From Eledone cirrhosa (taxonomy: Eukaryota), in the NCBI GenBank assembly GCA_964016885.1, contig OZ024740.1:47926001-47990000 (forward strand): DNA of 64,000 nt, in the 5' to 3' direction. The notes beneath the pieces were generated by a model. The model had not been told where the DNA came from, ran no database searches, and worked only from the letters and a program-made list of their open reading frames with translations. The position numbers were made by a program, and so were the translations under genes. This document shows positions 24,375-36,889 of this stretch, in pieces. Numbering within the stretch: position 1 is the stretch's first letter; every line of letters begins with the position of its first letter.

Positions 24375-24999
24375 GTTTAGCTGTTATATAATATTATGCT
24401 ATGTAATAATAATATCAACGATAATAATAATAGGAATATCAACAAGAATAATAATATTGATATGTAGTTTGTTATAACAGGAAAGGATTGGTTTGTTATA
24501 TCAATAAATGTAACGGTTTTGTTATATGGCAATGTTAGTTGAATTGAGGTTCGACTGTAAGTCTCAGGTTCTGCTGCTGCTGTGATAATAACTCTGGAAG
24601 GGATCCTTCAATATCACGTTTAAAAGCTATGACTGTGGTAATAGCATCACAAGACTTTACAATGTTTTTACATAATTTATTTACAAACCGATTACAAAGG
24701 TTGAGCTGAGTTGAGCTGGTATGCCAAACAAAGAAATAAACAAATTAAGAGTTTAGACGGTACGGTCAACTGGCTGAGGTGTTGGCCAGGCCCGTAGTTA
24801 TGTTGTCGTTACATATTAGCTAGTGGTTTCACTGCAAAAGAAAAATGGTGTTTACCTTTCCATGATCAACGCTGCAGGAGAAAAAGTTTATTAAAAGTAG
24901 CGGGGAAACTCTCAGTTTAGGCGGAAGTTGAAAATACATATCCGTGCGCGGCTCACGCATCACGCCTATCAATGCGCCAAAGGAAAGTAGCTTGCTACA
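24375..24999 (-). mobile_element. Related LTR with PBS remnant
   Basis: Starts TGTAGC on minus; homologous to 9250-9590; followed by tggtgactttg. Confidence 0.65.
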
Positions 25000-25400
25000 A
25001 ATGTACTTTGTGCGGATCAGACAGTTATCTTTTATCTTTGCAGGCATGAATCGGCCTCTCCCCATCATATATGACTTATATCGAAGGTCCTCATGCACAA
25101 TTCTTCCAATAGTGTGCCTTGAAACATTGAGTTCCTTAGTAATGACGCAAATTGATTCTGTTGGGTTCTTATCGATAATTTTCTGCACCCTGCGTACAAA
25201 TTTGGGTGTTCTGGTTGTATTAGGACCCTTAGCAAGCGTTTTATCTTTGGCTACTACTGTAGAATTCCCCGTAGTGGCTTCTAACCCTTGGCAAACTTTG
25301 ACAACAAATGACCATGCAACTCTCAGGAAGCAAGCTAACTCTAAATCACTATACTCTGCTTTTAAGGCAACGATTTTTTTCCAATGCTGGTTATTTTAAT
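25000..25400 (-). mobile_element. Tc1/mariner-superfamily transposase N-terminal (HTH) fragment
   Basis: KIIDKNPTESICVITKELNVSRHTIGRIVHEDLRYKSY. Confidence 0.75.
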
Positions 25401-25636
25401 TTATTAGGATGATTAACATTGATTTTTAATTTCAGAAACTGCCGTTGGGGATATGATACAAGCGAAATTATGTATTAGTTTGTTTTGAATTGCATCTTTT
25501 CCCTTCTTGGAAAGTTTTGTCATAAGTTAAACTATATTTATATGTTTCTCTGATCTAGGCAATTTTGGCTGTCTTGTTCATAGAGATCTTTCGTACATTA
25601 ATGACAAAAATCTTTTTCCTTTTTCTCTGTTGGTTG

Positions 25637-25704
<68 letters not shown>

Positions 25705-25708
<4 letters not shown>

Positions 25709-25960
25709 GTAGAACACTGGAAGGTAATATCCGTAGTGGTAGAGGACTCAGTCCATGGGACGAGTTAGGTAGAAGTGGTTACACAACAGTTAGTTCACCA
25801 TCCCGAGAACAATTGTTTCACCTAAGCGGATCCTCAGCTCGTAATGGACATGGTTATACGGAACTGTTCCGTATAACCATGTCCATTACGAGCTGAGGAT
25901 CCGCTTAGGTGAAACAATTGTTCTCGGTATGGTGAACTAACTGTTGTGTAACCACTTCTA
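25705..25960. mobile_element. Fold-back HHR element: 191-bp palindrome (25770-25960, centre 25865) plus tail
   Basis: Almost perfect palindrome with a 1-nt centre, between (TA)n tracts. Confidence 0.92.
25883..25932 (+). ncRNA. Type I hammerhead ribozyme (mirror copy at ~25798-25847 on minus)
   Basis: ccat-ta-cgag-CTGAGGA-t-cc gctta gg-t-GAAA-CAATTG-TT-ctcg-gt-atgg. Confidence 0.8.
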
Positions 25961-26176
25961 TATATATATATATAGATATAAGTATTGAAATTTCCGTTGA
26001 AAATTGAAAAAGTCATAGGACTGAAGAGTGCTCTATGTAAGTTACAGAGCTAAATTTAATGTATAATAAACAATACAATATAATTACTTCATTACGCGTT
26101 TCTTGTATTCGTCTTATTCGGGAAATCTCTGATAATGAGGTAATTATATTGTATTGTTTATTATACATTATATAAT

Positions 26177-28549
26177 AACACAAAAGCCTTCCCTAGTGAG
26201 GAATGTACATCCCAACATAGCTTAGTTGTCAGCGACCTCACGGTCAGAACTAGACGAGCCCTGAAACAGAGGCCAACCTGGAGAAGAAAGATCTGGAAGC
26301 TGAAAGTCCCCTCAACCAGTAACAGATTTAAAGATATTTTACTCAACGCCTACGACAGTAAAGAAGAACAGATAGAGACATTTAACGTAGAAGAGAACTG
26401 GGAGTTCCTAAAAAATAACTTACTAGAGGCGACGGATGAGGTTTGTGGCTGGAGTAAGACCTCAAGCAGGAGGAGAGTGACTTGGTGGTGGAACAATAAG
26501 GTAGATGAAGCAGTCAAGGCCAAGAGACAGGCATGGAAAGAATGGAAGAACGGGGGGAGCAGGGTACATTACATAGAGACCAAGAGGGAAGCTAGGCGAC
26601 AAGTATACTTAGCTAGGAGGGAAGCAGAGGATAGAAAATTCAAGCATGTTTTACAACGTGAGGACCAGAAACAGGAGGTATTCAAGATTGCGAGGCAGTG
26701 TGTCAGAGATAGTTGTGATGTCATTGGAGAGAAGTGTATCCGGAATGATAAAGGTGAGCTTGCCCTCACAAGTGCTGAGAAGAAAGATGCATGGAAGAGT
26801 CATTATGATAGATTACTAAATGAGGAGAATGCATGGGAAGAAGAGACCCTACCCCACGTAGACCCTATAGAGGGACCAGCAGTACAAGTCAGCGGCAGCG
26901 TAGTAAGTAAGGCAATCAGAGATATGAAGATAGGGAAGGCAACCGGTCCATCGGGTATAGCTGCCGAGATGCTGAAGGCATCTGGGTCTGTAGGTCACAC
27001 TATAACCACACGTATCGTTAACCAGGTAATACTAGAGGGGGCCATACCAAAAGATTGGTGCAGTAGCATCATTGTCAACTGCTACAAAGGTAAAGGCGAT
27101 GCACTAGATAGAGGAAACTATAGAGGTATAAAGTTGATGGACCAGGTCATGAAAGTAACAGAAAGAGTTATAGCACAGCTGATTAGGGACCGGGTGAATA
27201 TAGACGAGATGCAATTTGGGTTTGTACCAGGGAAAGGCACCACTGATGCGCTCTTCCTTGTGAGGCAATTACAGGAAAAGTACCTAGCTAAAAGTAAGCC
27301 ACTCTACTTGGCATTTGTCGACCTTGAGAAAGCCTTTGACAGAGTTCCACGTGCAGTAATCTGGTGGGCTCTTAGAAAACTAGGAGTAGATGAATGGCTT
27401 GTGAAAGCGGTACAAGCCATGTATAGGGGAGCAGTCAGCAAAGTTAGGATTGGCAATGAGTATAGCGAGGAATTTAGCGTACAGGTTGGGGTCCACCAGG
27501 GCTCTGTTCTTAGCCCTCTCCTGTTCATCATAGTCCTGCAGGCAATAACGGAGGAGTTTAAGACCGGATGCCCATGGGAACTCCTGTATGCTGATGACCT
27601 CGCACTCATAGCTGAATCTATGGTAGAACTAGAGAATAAATTCCAAACCTGGAAGCAGGGACTAGAGAGAAAGGGCCTCAAAGTCAACATGACAAAGACT
27701 AAGGTCCTTATAAGTAGACGAGAAAACAGAACCCAGATCCCCTCAGGGAAATGGCCTTGCTCAGTATGTAGGAAAGGTGTAGGTAGGAACTCCATTCTTT
27801 GCCCCAAATGCAAACAATGGGTACACAAGAGATGTAGCGGGATCTCAGGAAGCTTAATTAAGAATGTAGGATTCACATGCAGCAGCTGTGCTGAAACAGC
27901 AAGCAAACAGCCACAGGAAACAAGTACCACCAATCTCTGGGAGGGCCCTGTAGAAACAGTAGACAGCTTCTGCTACCTAGGTGACCGAATTAGCAACGGA
28001 GGTGGGTGCTCAGAAAGTACAATAACTAGGGTAAGAACGGGATGGAAGAAGTTTAGGGAACTACTACCACTGCTAGCTGCAAAAGGCTTCTCCCTCAGAA
28101 TGAAAGGCAGACTGTATGATGCGTGTATCCGAACAGCGATGTTGCATGGTAGTGAGACCTGGGCGCTGAAGGTGGAAGACTTACGTAGATTAGAGAGAAA
28201 CGAAGCCTGCATGCTCCGATGGATGTGTAACAGTAATATACGTGAACGACAAAGCATAAATGAATTGAGAGAGAGACTGAGCATAAGAGGAATCAAATGC
28301 TGCGTGCAGGAGAGGCGGTTACGCTGGTATGGACATGTGATGCGTATGAAGGATGACAGCTGCATAAAAAGGTGCAGAGCACTAGAAGTTGATGGAAACC
28401 GCGGAGTGGGGAGACCCAAGATGACTTGGGATGAGGTGATAAAAGCCGACCTTACCCAACTACACCTCTCAAAGTCAATGACACACGACCGTGACTTCTG
28501 GCGCCACGCAGTAATACAGGGTACCCGACCTCCCATGGGTACATGCTGA
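26177..28549 (+). CDS. RTE-clade LINE ORF (5'-truncated): end of APE endonuclease, reverse transcriptase, PHD-like Cys/His insert
   Basis: Frame is open from 26177 (EECTSQHSLVVSDL). Motifs NYRGIKL, QFGF, FVDLEKAFDRV, GVHQGSVLSPLLF, LLYADDL, YLG, RRLRWYGHV; no stops. Confidence 0.95.
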   Translation, partial: NTKAFPSEECTSQHSLVVSDLTVRTRRALKQRPTWRRKIWKLKVPSTSNRFKDILLNAYDSKEEQIETFNVEENWEFLKNNLLEATDEVCGWSKTSSRRRVTWWWNNKVDEAVKAKRQAWKEWKNGGSRVHYIETKREARRQVYLARREAEDRKFKHVLQREDQKQEVFKIARQCVRDSCDVIGEKCIRNDKGELALTSAEKKDAWKSHYDRLLNEENAWEEETLPHVDPIEGPAVQVSGSVVSKAIRDMKIGKATGPSGIAAEMLKASGSVGHTITTRIVNQVILEGAIPKDWCSSIIVNCYKGKGDALDRGNYRGIKLMDQVMKVTERVIAQLIRDRVNIDEMQFGFVPGKGTTDALFLVRQLQEKYLAKSKPLYLAFVDLEKAFDRVPRAVIWWALRKLGVDEWLVKAVQAMYRGAVSKVRIGNEYSEEFSVQVGVHQGSVLSPLLFIIVLQAITEEFKTGCPWELLYADDLALIAESMVELENKFQTWKQGLERKGLKVNMTKTKVLISRRENRTQIPSGKWPCSVCRKGVGRNSILCPKCKQWVHKRCSGISGSLIKNVGFTCSSCAETASKQPQETSTTNLWEGPVETVDSFCYLGDRISNGGGCSESTITRVRTGWKKFRELLPLLAAKGFSLRMKGRLYDACIRTAMLHGSETWALKVEDLRRLERNEACMLRWMCNSNIRERQSINELRERLSIRGIKCCVQERRLRWYGHVMRMKDDSCIKRCRALEVDGNRGVGRPKMTWDEVIKADLTQLHLSKSMTHDRDFWRHAVIQGTRPPMGTC

Positions 28550-28852
28550 AGCATATAAACAATATGCCCCCCCCCCCTCCCACCGCAAGGTGGTCGTGGA
28601 GGTGCCACGGCAAAAAAGCACCCAGCCCACACTGTAAAGTGGACGTGTAGGCGCCACGAAAAAGCACCCAGCACTCACTGTAAATGAGGTTGGTGTTAGG
28701 AAGGGCATCCAGCTGTAGAAATCAAGCCAGATCAGTTCCTGTATGAGCAAGGCATGGTCAGCCGACCAGACACTGCCCACAACAGGACAACCCGTCTAAC
28801 CCATGCTAGCGTGGAAGAACGGACGTAAAACGGTGATGATGATGATGATGAT
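28550..28852 (+). mobile_element. RTE 3'UTR with (GAT)n tail
   Basis: gttggtgttaggaagggcatccagctgtagaaa..aacccatgctagcgtggaa..gacgtaaaa..(gat)n. Confidence 0.9.
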
Positions 28853-28970
28853 ATATACATATATGAATAATATATGCATATATATTTATATATATATGCT
28901 ATATATATTTATATATATGCATATATATTTATAATATATGCATATATATTTATAATATATGTATATATAC

Positions 28971-29007
<37 letters not shown>

Positions 29008-29047
29008 TATATGTTTCTATATATATTTATATATGTGCATATATATA

Positions 29048-29089
<42 letters not shown>

Positions 29090-29179
29090 TATGTATCTAT
29101 CTATCTGTATATATATATATCTGTATATATATATATATGTATCTATCTATCTGTATATATATATATATGTATCTATCTA

Positions 29180-29210
<31 letters not shown>

Positions 29211-29251
29211 CTGTATATATATATATATATGCATATGTATCTATCTATCTG

Positions 29252-29287
<36 letters not shown>

Positions 29288-29315
29288 TATGTATCTATCT
29301 ATCTGTATCTATCTA

Positions 29316-29369
<54 letters not shown>

Positions 29370-29440
29370 TGTGTGTGTGTGTGTGTGTGTTATATATACA
29401 CATGTGTATGTAATAGTATAATATATCTAATTCTATATAT
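28853..29440. repeat. Compound (TA)n/(TATC)n/(TG)n microsatellite
   Basis: Seen directly. Confidence 0.95.
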
Positions 29441-30046
29441 ATGTGTGCAAGTTAGGTGCTGTGCACGCGCAATCATGTGTACGAATAAATTCTCACAAAA
29501 GAGGAACAAACAACTTCTTCCTTTTACCTTCCTCTCATAAAGCGTTCCGTGATGGAATACTGTTGCAGATAAACGATTCATTCATTAATAGTTACATTTT
29601 GTTATTTTTTTCTTCCTGTTTTCGTCATCAATCCTTTCCTTCTCTCTTTTTACCACCATTCTCTCAACAAATGGATTCCCAACCCAGCTGATTCCGTCAA
29701 ACCTACAAGATCACGTTGCCTCATACACTGCTAACCTAGCTAGCCAACCTGGCCTTGCCTGCCTGCCTGCTGCTGGGAAATGGTACACTCACTGCTGCTG
29801 CTTGCTTACTCTAGCGCCTCCTCACAAGCCCACGCCAAAAATAAAATAAATAAAAAAAACAATTAAAAAAAAATTCCACAACAAAAAAATTCTGTTTTGA
29901 TACTTTTTCTTTTTAGTTTCTCAGTTCCCAATTTAGGGTAAGTTATTATGAAGTGCTTGATTTGAACCAAAGCTATCACTTCTTTTCGCTAGGTCGAGTA
30001 TTTACAATCAGGGCGATACCAACTTATATCATATAACGTAGCAAAA

Positions 30047-30089
<43 letters not shown>

Positions 30090-31877
30090 CGACGATTTAC
30101 ATTCAGAACAATTGAGTCTCCAAGATAAAAAAAAAAAAGGAACGTAACCCGTTTTATTGTTCTTCCTCAATCACCGAGTTCCTCCTTCCTTTTATTTTCA
30201 AACACTGTTAGATTCTTTAACGGAGATATATTTATTAGAAAATAATTTTTACAGGAATATAATTATATCTAAAACGAAAGAAAATACAAATACAAATGTA
30301 AACATAAAAATAGCAACACAAAATTCAAAATACACACACAAGAAAAATATCACGAAGAATTTGTGGTAGAAAGAAACCTACGATAACCGAAACTGCGACA
30401 ATAGAGATCCAATAGAAATCTGTGAATAAAGAAAGGCACCAAACAGACAATACAAGAATTTTCGATCATTTCTTTCCTTCTCAACATGTAGAACTAACAG
30501 TATTTATTAGGCGATATTTAAATTTTAATTCCGAATCTGCTCACTACTAAACTTTTCGTTTAATTGATACATTCATCAACAACTAATACAAATAACAAGC
30601 TCGGAAAATTTTTGGAATATTGGCAGTTAAAAAAGTTATTTGTTTGTGTACACACGCAGACACATAGGAAATAAATCGAGAGTTCGTGGCAAAATATAAT
30701 TATTTTCTTTAAACGAAAGAAACTTCGTAAATAATATGAACAGTGTGTCTAACCTGTTGGAAATGACTCCTAATTCATAAATAACACATTTGGCTTTGTT
30801 AGAACAACTGAATAACTTGGAAAAACTTTTCTAAAGACAGCCTTCACAGTTCAAACTGTCACTTTTTTTCGGCAGCAAATACCTTAAATTCGCCTTTATG
30901 GATCGTCAAACTAAAGGAAAACGCGGGAAAATTAAGGAAGATCCAAGTTTAACAGACTGTGAAGATTCGGTAAGGTTCATTTAATTTTTCTTTTCTGCTT
31001 TGGAACTGATTCCATCTCATTGTTACTTTCATTTCACAAATTGCAATTTTTTTTTTTTTACCGTTGTCAGATGTCACCCAGTGAAAATTAGTGCTATGTG
31101 ACGCTGCGAGTGTCATATAATCAGACACCCACAACACGTTTCTAGCATTAATGAAAGGAAAAAGTTCTAATGTGGTATTTAACTTTAAGCTGTCATTGAA
31201 GAAAATATTTGAAGTTGTTTATTACATTTCTTTATAATGAATTTATTTACCTAACTGCTTTTCTCTTTCTTTCTTTACTTGAGAGTGAGGCGGATCGGTA
31301 TCACAAACAAGATTTAAAACTAAAGAAAATTACCCCTTTTTTAATTGAGAAACACTATTTTTTATGGGAAGTAAATGAAATGAGATGTGATGTGATGTGT
31401 GTTTTTCTGAAAGTCATTAGCGGCGAAAAGTAAAGTAGAATTGTTTCGAGAATCGAAATCGGTTCGCCGTCTTGACTGTATCGTTATGTTACTTCCTGCT
31501 CTACGGGTGCTAAGTTTGTATTTCCATACAGAAGACCTTTGAGCAGACAGAATGGAAATATCTGACACTCCTGCTTTTCGCCCCAAAACAAGCAGCTTGA
31601 ATGTTTTCAGCCAGGTTGCAATCTCAACCGGCCAGCAGTGTATCCTCTACTCATTAGCCCACACTATCTATCAGTCTGAAGAGAACATAGTTTGACTTAT
31701 GTTATACATAAGCCATACACCTTCGAAATACGAATGATAAAATAAATAGGGATTGACTAAAGTACCTGTTTTTTTGTTTCTTCTTATTCTTATATATATA
31801 TATATATATATAAATATAAATTCAGCGAGAATCGCATTTCGGCGGGTAGAAAAAAAAAAATATATATATATATATAT

Positions 31878-32083
31878 AAAGTTTAATTTAGAAATGGCTT
31901 CTACAGGACTAGAACTGTTTCATTCAAAAGAAATCATCAGGAAACGACTTGGATGGTGATTTATTTTGAATAAAACAGTTCTAGTCCTGTAGAAACCATT
32001 TCTATATTAAACTTGATGATTACACTCTACTAATGTATTGAGTCCCTTACTAACTGTGGTTACCCACGATTGAACGCAGGACT

Positions 32084-32093
<10 letters not shown>
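31878..32093. mobile_element. Short fold-back HHR element; intact HHR at 31898-31944 (-), broken mirror copy on +
   Basis: Same family as 12304-12350; its tail aatgtattgagt..actgtggttacc..gattgaac.caggact recurs at 21353-21405. Confidence 0.8.
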
Positions 32094-32118
<25 letters not shown>

Positions 32119-32364
32119 AGGGGTAACATTTACTTTTCGGTTCAAAATAAGAAGACTCGGGTATCTCGTCGGATTCACTGGATTCACTGTGCATGCTAAT
32201 GTACAGATGCACGAAGAGAATTTGCAAGTATTTCTTCACACACTCAAACGAGTCGCCGAGAGAACCCTAACGTGTATATATATGGGTGGAGCTGCTATTG
32301 TGAATTCTCTAATTTGTGCATACGTACTGAATCTGGCAAGATATTTGAGTTTTATTATTTTGAG

Positions 32365-32693
32365 CGCCGAGGTTGACTTTGCCTTTCATCCTTACGGGGT
32401 CGATAAAATAAAGTACCAGTAATGTACTGGTTAATTGATGGCTTTGTGCCAAAAAGTAGAAACAATTATTTTGAGCCATAAAGTAAATGATTCCCTCTAT
32501 AAGATAAATTTAATTGTTTCTACTTTAGGCACAAGGCTAGCAATTACCCAGTGCATTACTAATACTTTATTTTATCGACCCCGTAAGGATGAAAGGCAAA
32601 GTCAACCTCGGCGGGATTTGAACTCAGATCGTAAAGAGAAGTAACTATGCTGGAAAGCATGGCGTCCGACCCTCTACCGATACTACCAATCCA
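32365..32693. mobile_element. Two Nin-type SINEs in inverted orientation (32365-32470 +, 32512-32693 -)
   Basis: Match to the SINE family above. Confidence 0.85.
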
Positions 32694-34033
32694 ATAAATT
32701 TAATGTCAGTATAACAAGTTTTTATTTATAAGCCTCACTGAAAGTGAAGAAGTGTAAACACACTTTGTTTTCCCCTCCGTACACAGAAATACATAAGAAA
32801 TTGCCTTGACGCATTTCACAGATTATTTTAAGCATTTTACTATCAATTTTTTTTTGCTGGTTTGAGAGCAGATGAAGATGATGTGTGTGTGGACTTGTCT
32901 TGTATATCGTCGTTCTTTATTTCCTTCTTCCAATCACTTCTGTGCATCAACACACTTCTTGTTTTTCAATCTTTTCTACATTTTGTTTGTCTGTTGCCCA
33001 CCTCGTCGATTGTCTCTCTGTTGACCACTGGCCACTAGTCTCTGTCCTCTGAGGCATGTTTGCCCATCACTGTCTTTGAGAGCATTTGGCTGTTTTAGCA
33101 ATTTGGCTGTTCAAGCAATTTGTTTTCTCATTTTATATGTATTTAAATACACTTTCGCTTCGTCTCGGTCAGAGACAACAATGTTTTTCATTTATATATA
33201 TATGTGTGTGTAGTTTTCATCATTTTTATGTACACTGGCATGGGTTAGATGGGTTGTCACAATCTGAGTCAATTTTTATTTCAAGATACTACCTTCTGAG
33301 AAAGGATGGAGGACTATCTTTCAATTTTATGTTCCATTTTTGGATTGTTTTCTATGGTTTAATGTCCTTCTTAACACAAATCACTTTGTAGAGTGTACCA
33401 GGTGCATTTTATCATGCTACCAACACTTGAGAAGTTATCATGTCCTTGGCAATTCTAAAGGAGCCTTTCATCCCTACATGGTCTCTTTTCAATTTCTAGC
33501 TACTTTATTGAGTGTACTGGGTGTATTTTATTGTGGCAACTACATAAGTGAGATTATCTTGAATTTAGCAAGACTAAAGTGTACTCACTAATCAACATTA
33601 TCTAGCTTTATTCAAGGCAACTTGATCAAGAGGTTTAATAGAAGAGAGAGCAATAACAGTAGGAGAATCAATGTGAATGGGGAGAAAGCGTGGATACTGC
33701 AATAGTTTATGGTTCAAAGCCCCATCCCTGCTCTTTCATAAGCTACCAAAAAATTAGAGATCTACATGGTGTGCATGGAGATGTTTTCAAGAAACATCTT
33801 AACATTCAGCTAACCAAAATGTCGAATGAACTTGCAGCATGAGGAGAAGCACAAATAAGGGAAGCAGCCAAAAACTTCCTTTTACATCAATGGCCAACCA
33901 GGGAAGGGTAGCTATAGAAAGTGTAGCGTCAATGGCAGTGCCCCTGAATGGCCTCAACCAGTTGCCTGGAACATGTAGAAGAGTAAAGAGTGTGTGCGTG
34001 CGTGCGCTCATTCAAAACAACAGAAGGTCGGAC

Positions 34034-34073
<40 letters not shown>

Positions 34074-34099
34074 TATCTATCTATCTATATATATATATA

Positions 34100-34279
34100 T
34101 AATTGTTTCTACTTTAGGCACAAGGCCAGCAATTACCCAGTGCATTACTGGTACTTTATTTTATCAACCCCGTAAGGATGAAAGGCAAAGTCAACCTCGG
34201 CGGTATTTGAACTCAGATCGTAAAGAGACGTAACTATGCTGGAAAGCATGGCGTCCGACCCTCTACCGATACTACCAAT
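34100..34279 (-). mobile_element. Nin-type SINE, young copy
   Basis: Nearly identical to 32512-32693 and 23762-23950. Confidence 0.88.
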
Positions 34280-34884
34280 ATATATAATATAATGTTGTTT
34301 GTCCTTTAGTCAAGACAACTATGACTTCAATGTTGGGTAGAGGATCTATGGTTATGTTTGTGTGTGTGTATGTGTGTTTTGCATGCAGAACATTTTGTCA
34401 TTACTAACTTCCTAAACTGATATTTTTGTATTGTATTCCAGTTCTATATATTATGAGTAATTTTCCAAAGTTTATCAAAATTTACTCTTTCTGTCAATAA
34501 AATATGTTCCAATAAAATACTGGGGAAGTATGGGGGTAATTTTATTGATGTTCTCATTCCCTAGAAATATGTGATTTTATTTCTATGGAAGACTATCTTT
34601 ATCCTTCTTCCATCCATAGTTGAGGAAATGGACTGAAGCTTCATTGATTTCTATGATGAGTTATTCAATCAAAGGAACAACTGCCTGGCTAAGCATTCCA
34701 CAGACATTTGTCTCCTCGATTATTTATAGCATGACACAGAAATATCAGAAGATAGTGAATTTGTGATATGTTGTTTTTAATGGTTTGAATTAAATCTGTT
34801 TGGAATTTCATTGGCTTTTATCAAAACATGAATAATGTAGACAAAAATATAAATGGGGCCAGTTTGTTTTGAGTCACCCTGAAT

Positions 34885-34987
<103 letters not shown>

Positions 34988-36164
34988 TTCATATATCTAA
35001 AGATATATGGTATGTTTAATAAAAAAAAATTAATATATATATATCCCGTCCTACCCTTGCAAACAGGGAAAAGCGGATGTAAAATGATGATGATAATTAT
35101 CATCATCTCCGTTTAACGTCCATTTTTCCATGCTAGTATGGGTTAGCTGAGTTATCCTGTTGAGAGCAATGCCAAGTCAAGTGACCATGTCTTGGTCGTA
35201 CAGAACCAATTTTGGCTTGGTTTCTACAGATGTATGCCCTTCCTAACGCCAACCTCATTTACAGTGAGTACTGGGTGCTTTTTGCTGTGACATCTACTCA
35301 ACCACTTTACAGTGTGGACTGGAGGCTTCACTGGGTGTATGTGTCCTCGGTTTCTCTGTCTCTCTCTCTCTCTCTATATATATATATAATGAAACTTACA
35401 TAATACATTTATGCATGCATATTATTATGGAAACAATTGACAGAACTGTCTATGAGAATCAAACCATGTATCTGTTGTATACCAGACAACTGCATATGTA
35501 TATATGTATATAATCCACTACACTGACTTATTTTATTATGACTATACAATACATTGTTTTGTGCTATTCAAACATTGCAAGGAAACTCCTAATGAACTGA
35601 ATATCTCAGTAAAAAAAGGTTTTGACAGCATTAAATATGCAGATATTCCATAGAACGTTGACTATACGATATAGTTTAAACTGAAAACATCATTTTGCTT
35701 AAATGGAGGTCACTAACGTAAAAAAAAAGAAAATTGTCCTGGTTTAGTTAGAAATAAAAGACAATTGTTATTTCATATTTCATATTTGTAGAACCTCCGA
35801 CATGCTAGAGAGACTCAATCTTTAATAGCTATCATCAAAGTTGCTTCCTTTAGCTTCTAAAGATATATAAATGCACTGTTTCTTCTGCTGAAGCTTGCCA
35901 TATGAGAGAGCAGACATTTTGCTGTACAAATAATCTATTTGTTTCTGGTTATTTTTATGTTTCGAGAAGGTCAAAGATTAGAAACAACTCTCTTATTGTT
36001 GGAAGTTAAGAGACCCTTCTACTGTGACTTATGGAGAAAAATGAAACTTTGTTGTTTGATGTAAAGTTTTTAAACCTTCATTAATGTTCTGTTTATTAAA
36101 CAATACTTCAACAGGGGAGGTCCCCCCTCTCTCTTTCTCTCTCTTTCTCTCTCTTTCTCTCTCT

Positions 36165-36195
<31 letters not shown>

Positions 36196-36196
36196 A

Positions 36197-36529
36197 TCAT
36201 CATCATCATCATTTTACGTCCGCTTTTCCCTGCTTGCAAGGGTGGGACGGAAACTGATACTGGGTTGATTTCTACAGCTGGATGCCCTTCCTAACACCAA
36301 CCTCATTTACAGTGAGTGCTGGGTGCTTTTTTGCCGTGACACCTCCACGACCACTTTGCAGTGGAATGATAGGGACCTCAGTCCATATCATCTCATTTCT
36401 ACAGCTGAGTAAACTGGAACAATGTGAAATAAAGTCTCTTGCTCAAGGAAACAACACATCACCCGGTCCGAGAATTGAACTCACAACCTTTCGATTGCAA
36501 GGCCAATGCTCTAACCACTAAGCCATATG

Positions 36530-36532
<3 letters not shown>
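36197..36532 (-). mobile_element. tRNA/CORE-like SINE with an RTE-derived 3' end
   Basis: Head tggcttagtggttagagc..gttcaattc; tccttgagcaag CORE-like box; 3' end matches the RTE 3'UTR; (GAT)n tail. Confidence 0.88.
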
Positions 36533-36605
<73 letters not shown>

Positions 36606-36626
36606 ATCACACAATCACACACACAC

Positions 36627-36723
36627 AGTGTGTCCCCAAAAGATGTATGCACACTTTGATTACCTGTACAGGCAATATTTATTACAATGCTGACGTGTGT
36701 ATACATTTTTGGGGGACACACTG
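36627..36723. mobile_element. Tiny Tc1/mariner-type MITE
   Basis: TIRs cagtgtgtccccaaaa.atgtat.cacac / gtgtgtatacatttttgggggacacactg, followed by TA. Confidence 0.75.
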
Positions 36724-36730
36724 TATATAT

Positions 36731-36876
36731 ATAGTGAAATTCCGTTATAACGAAATTCATGGGGTATTAAAAAAATTCGTTGTAACGAGATTGCCGTAAC
36801 ACATTGAGTGTGTGGCAAGGGATTGAAAAAAATGTTGTTATACTGAAAAATTTGTTATATTGGAATTTTACCTGTA
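36731..36876. mobile_element. Pogo/Tigger-like MITE
   Basis: tagtgaaattccgttataacgaa ... ttgttatattggaattttacctgta. Confidence 0.55.
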
Positions 36877-36889
36877 TATATAGTGAAAC

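Noticed and set aside
26015-26055. CTGAAGA + gctct/agagc stem (also weak motifs at ~607 and ~37735)
   Set aside because: Core incomplete or too degenerate to call a hammerhead.
27304-28674. Antisense ORFs of 209 and 233 aa
   Set aside because: Shadows of the RTE ORF.
29690-29945. Possible host 5' non-coding exon ending at ggtaag
   Set aside because: No supporting ORF or transcript evidence.
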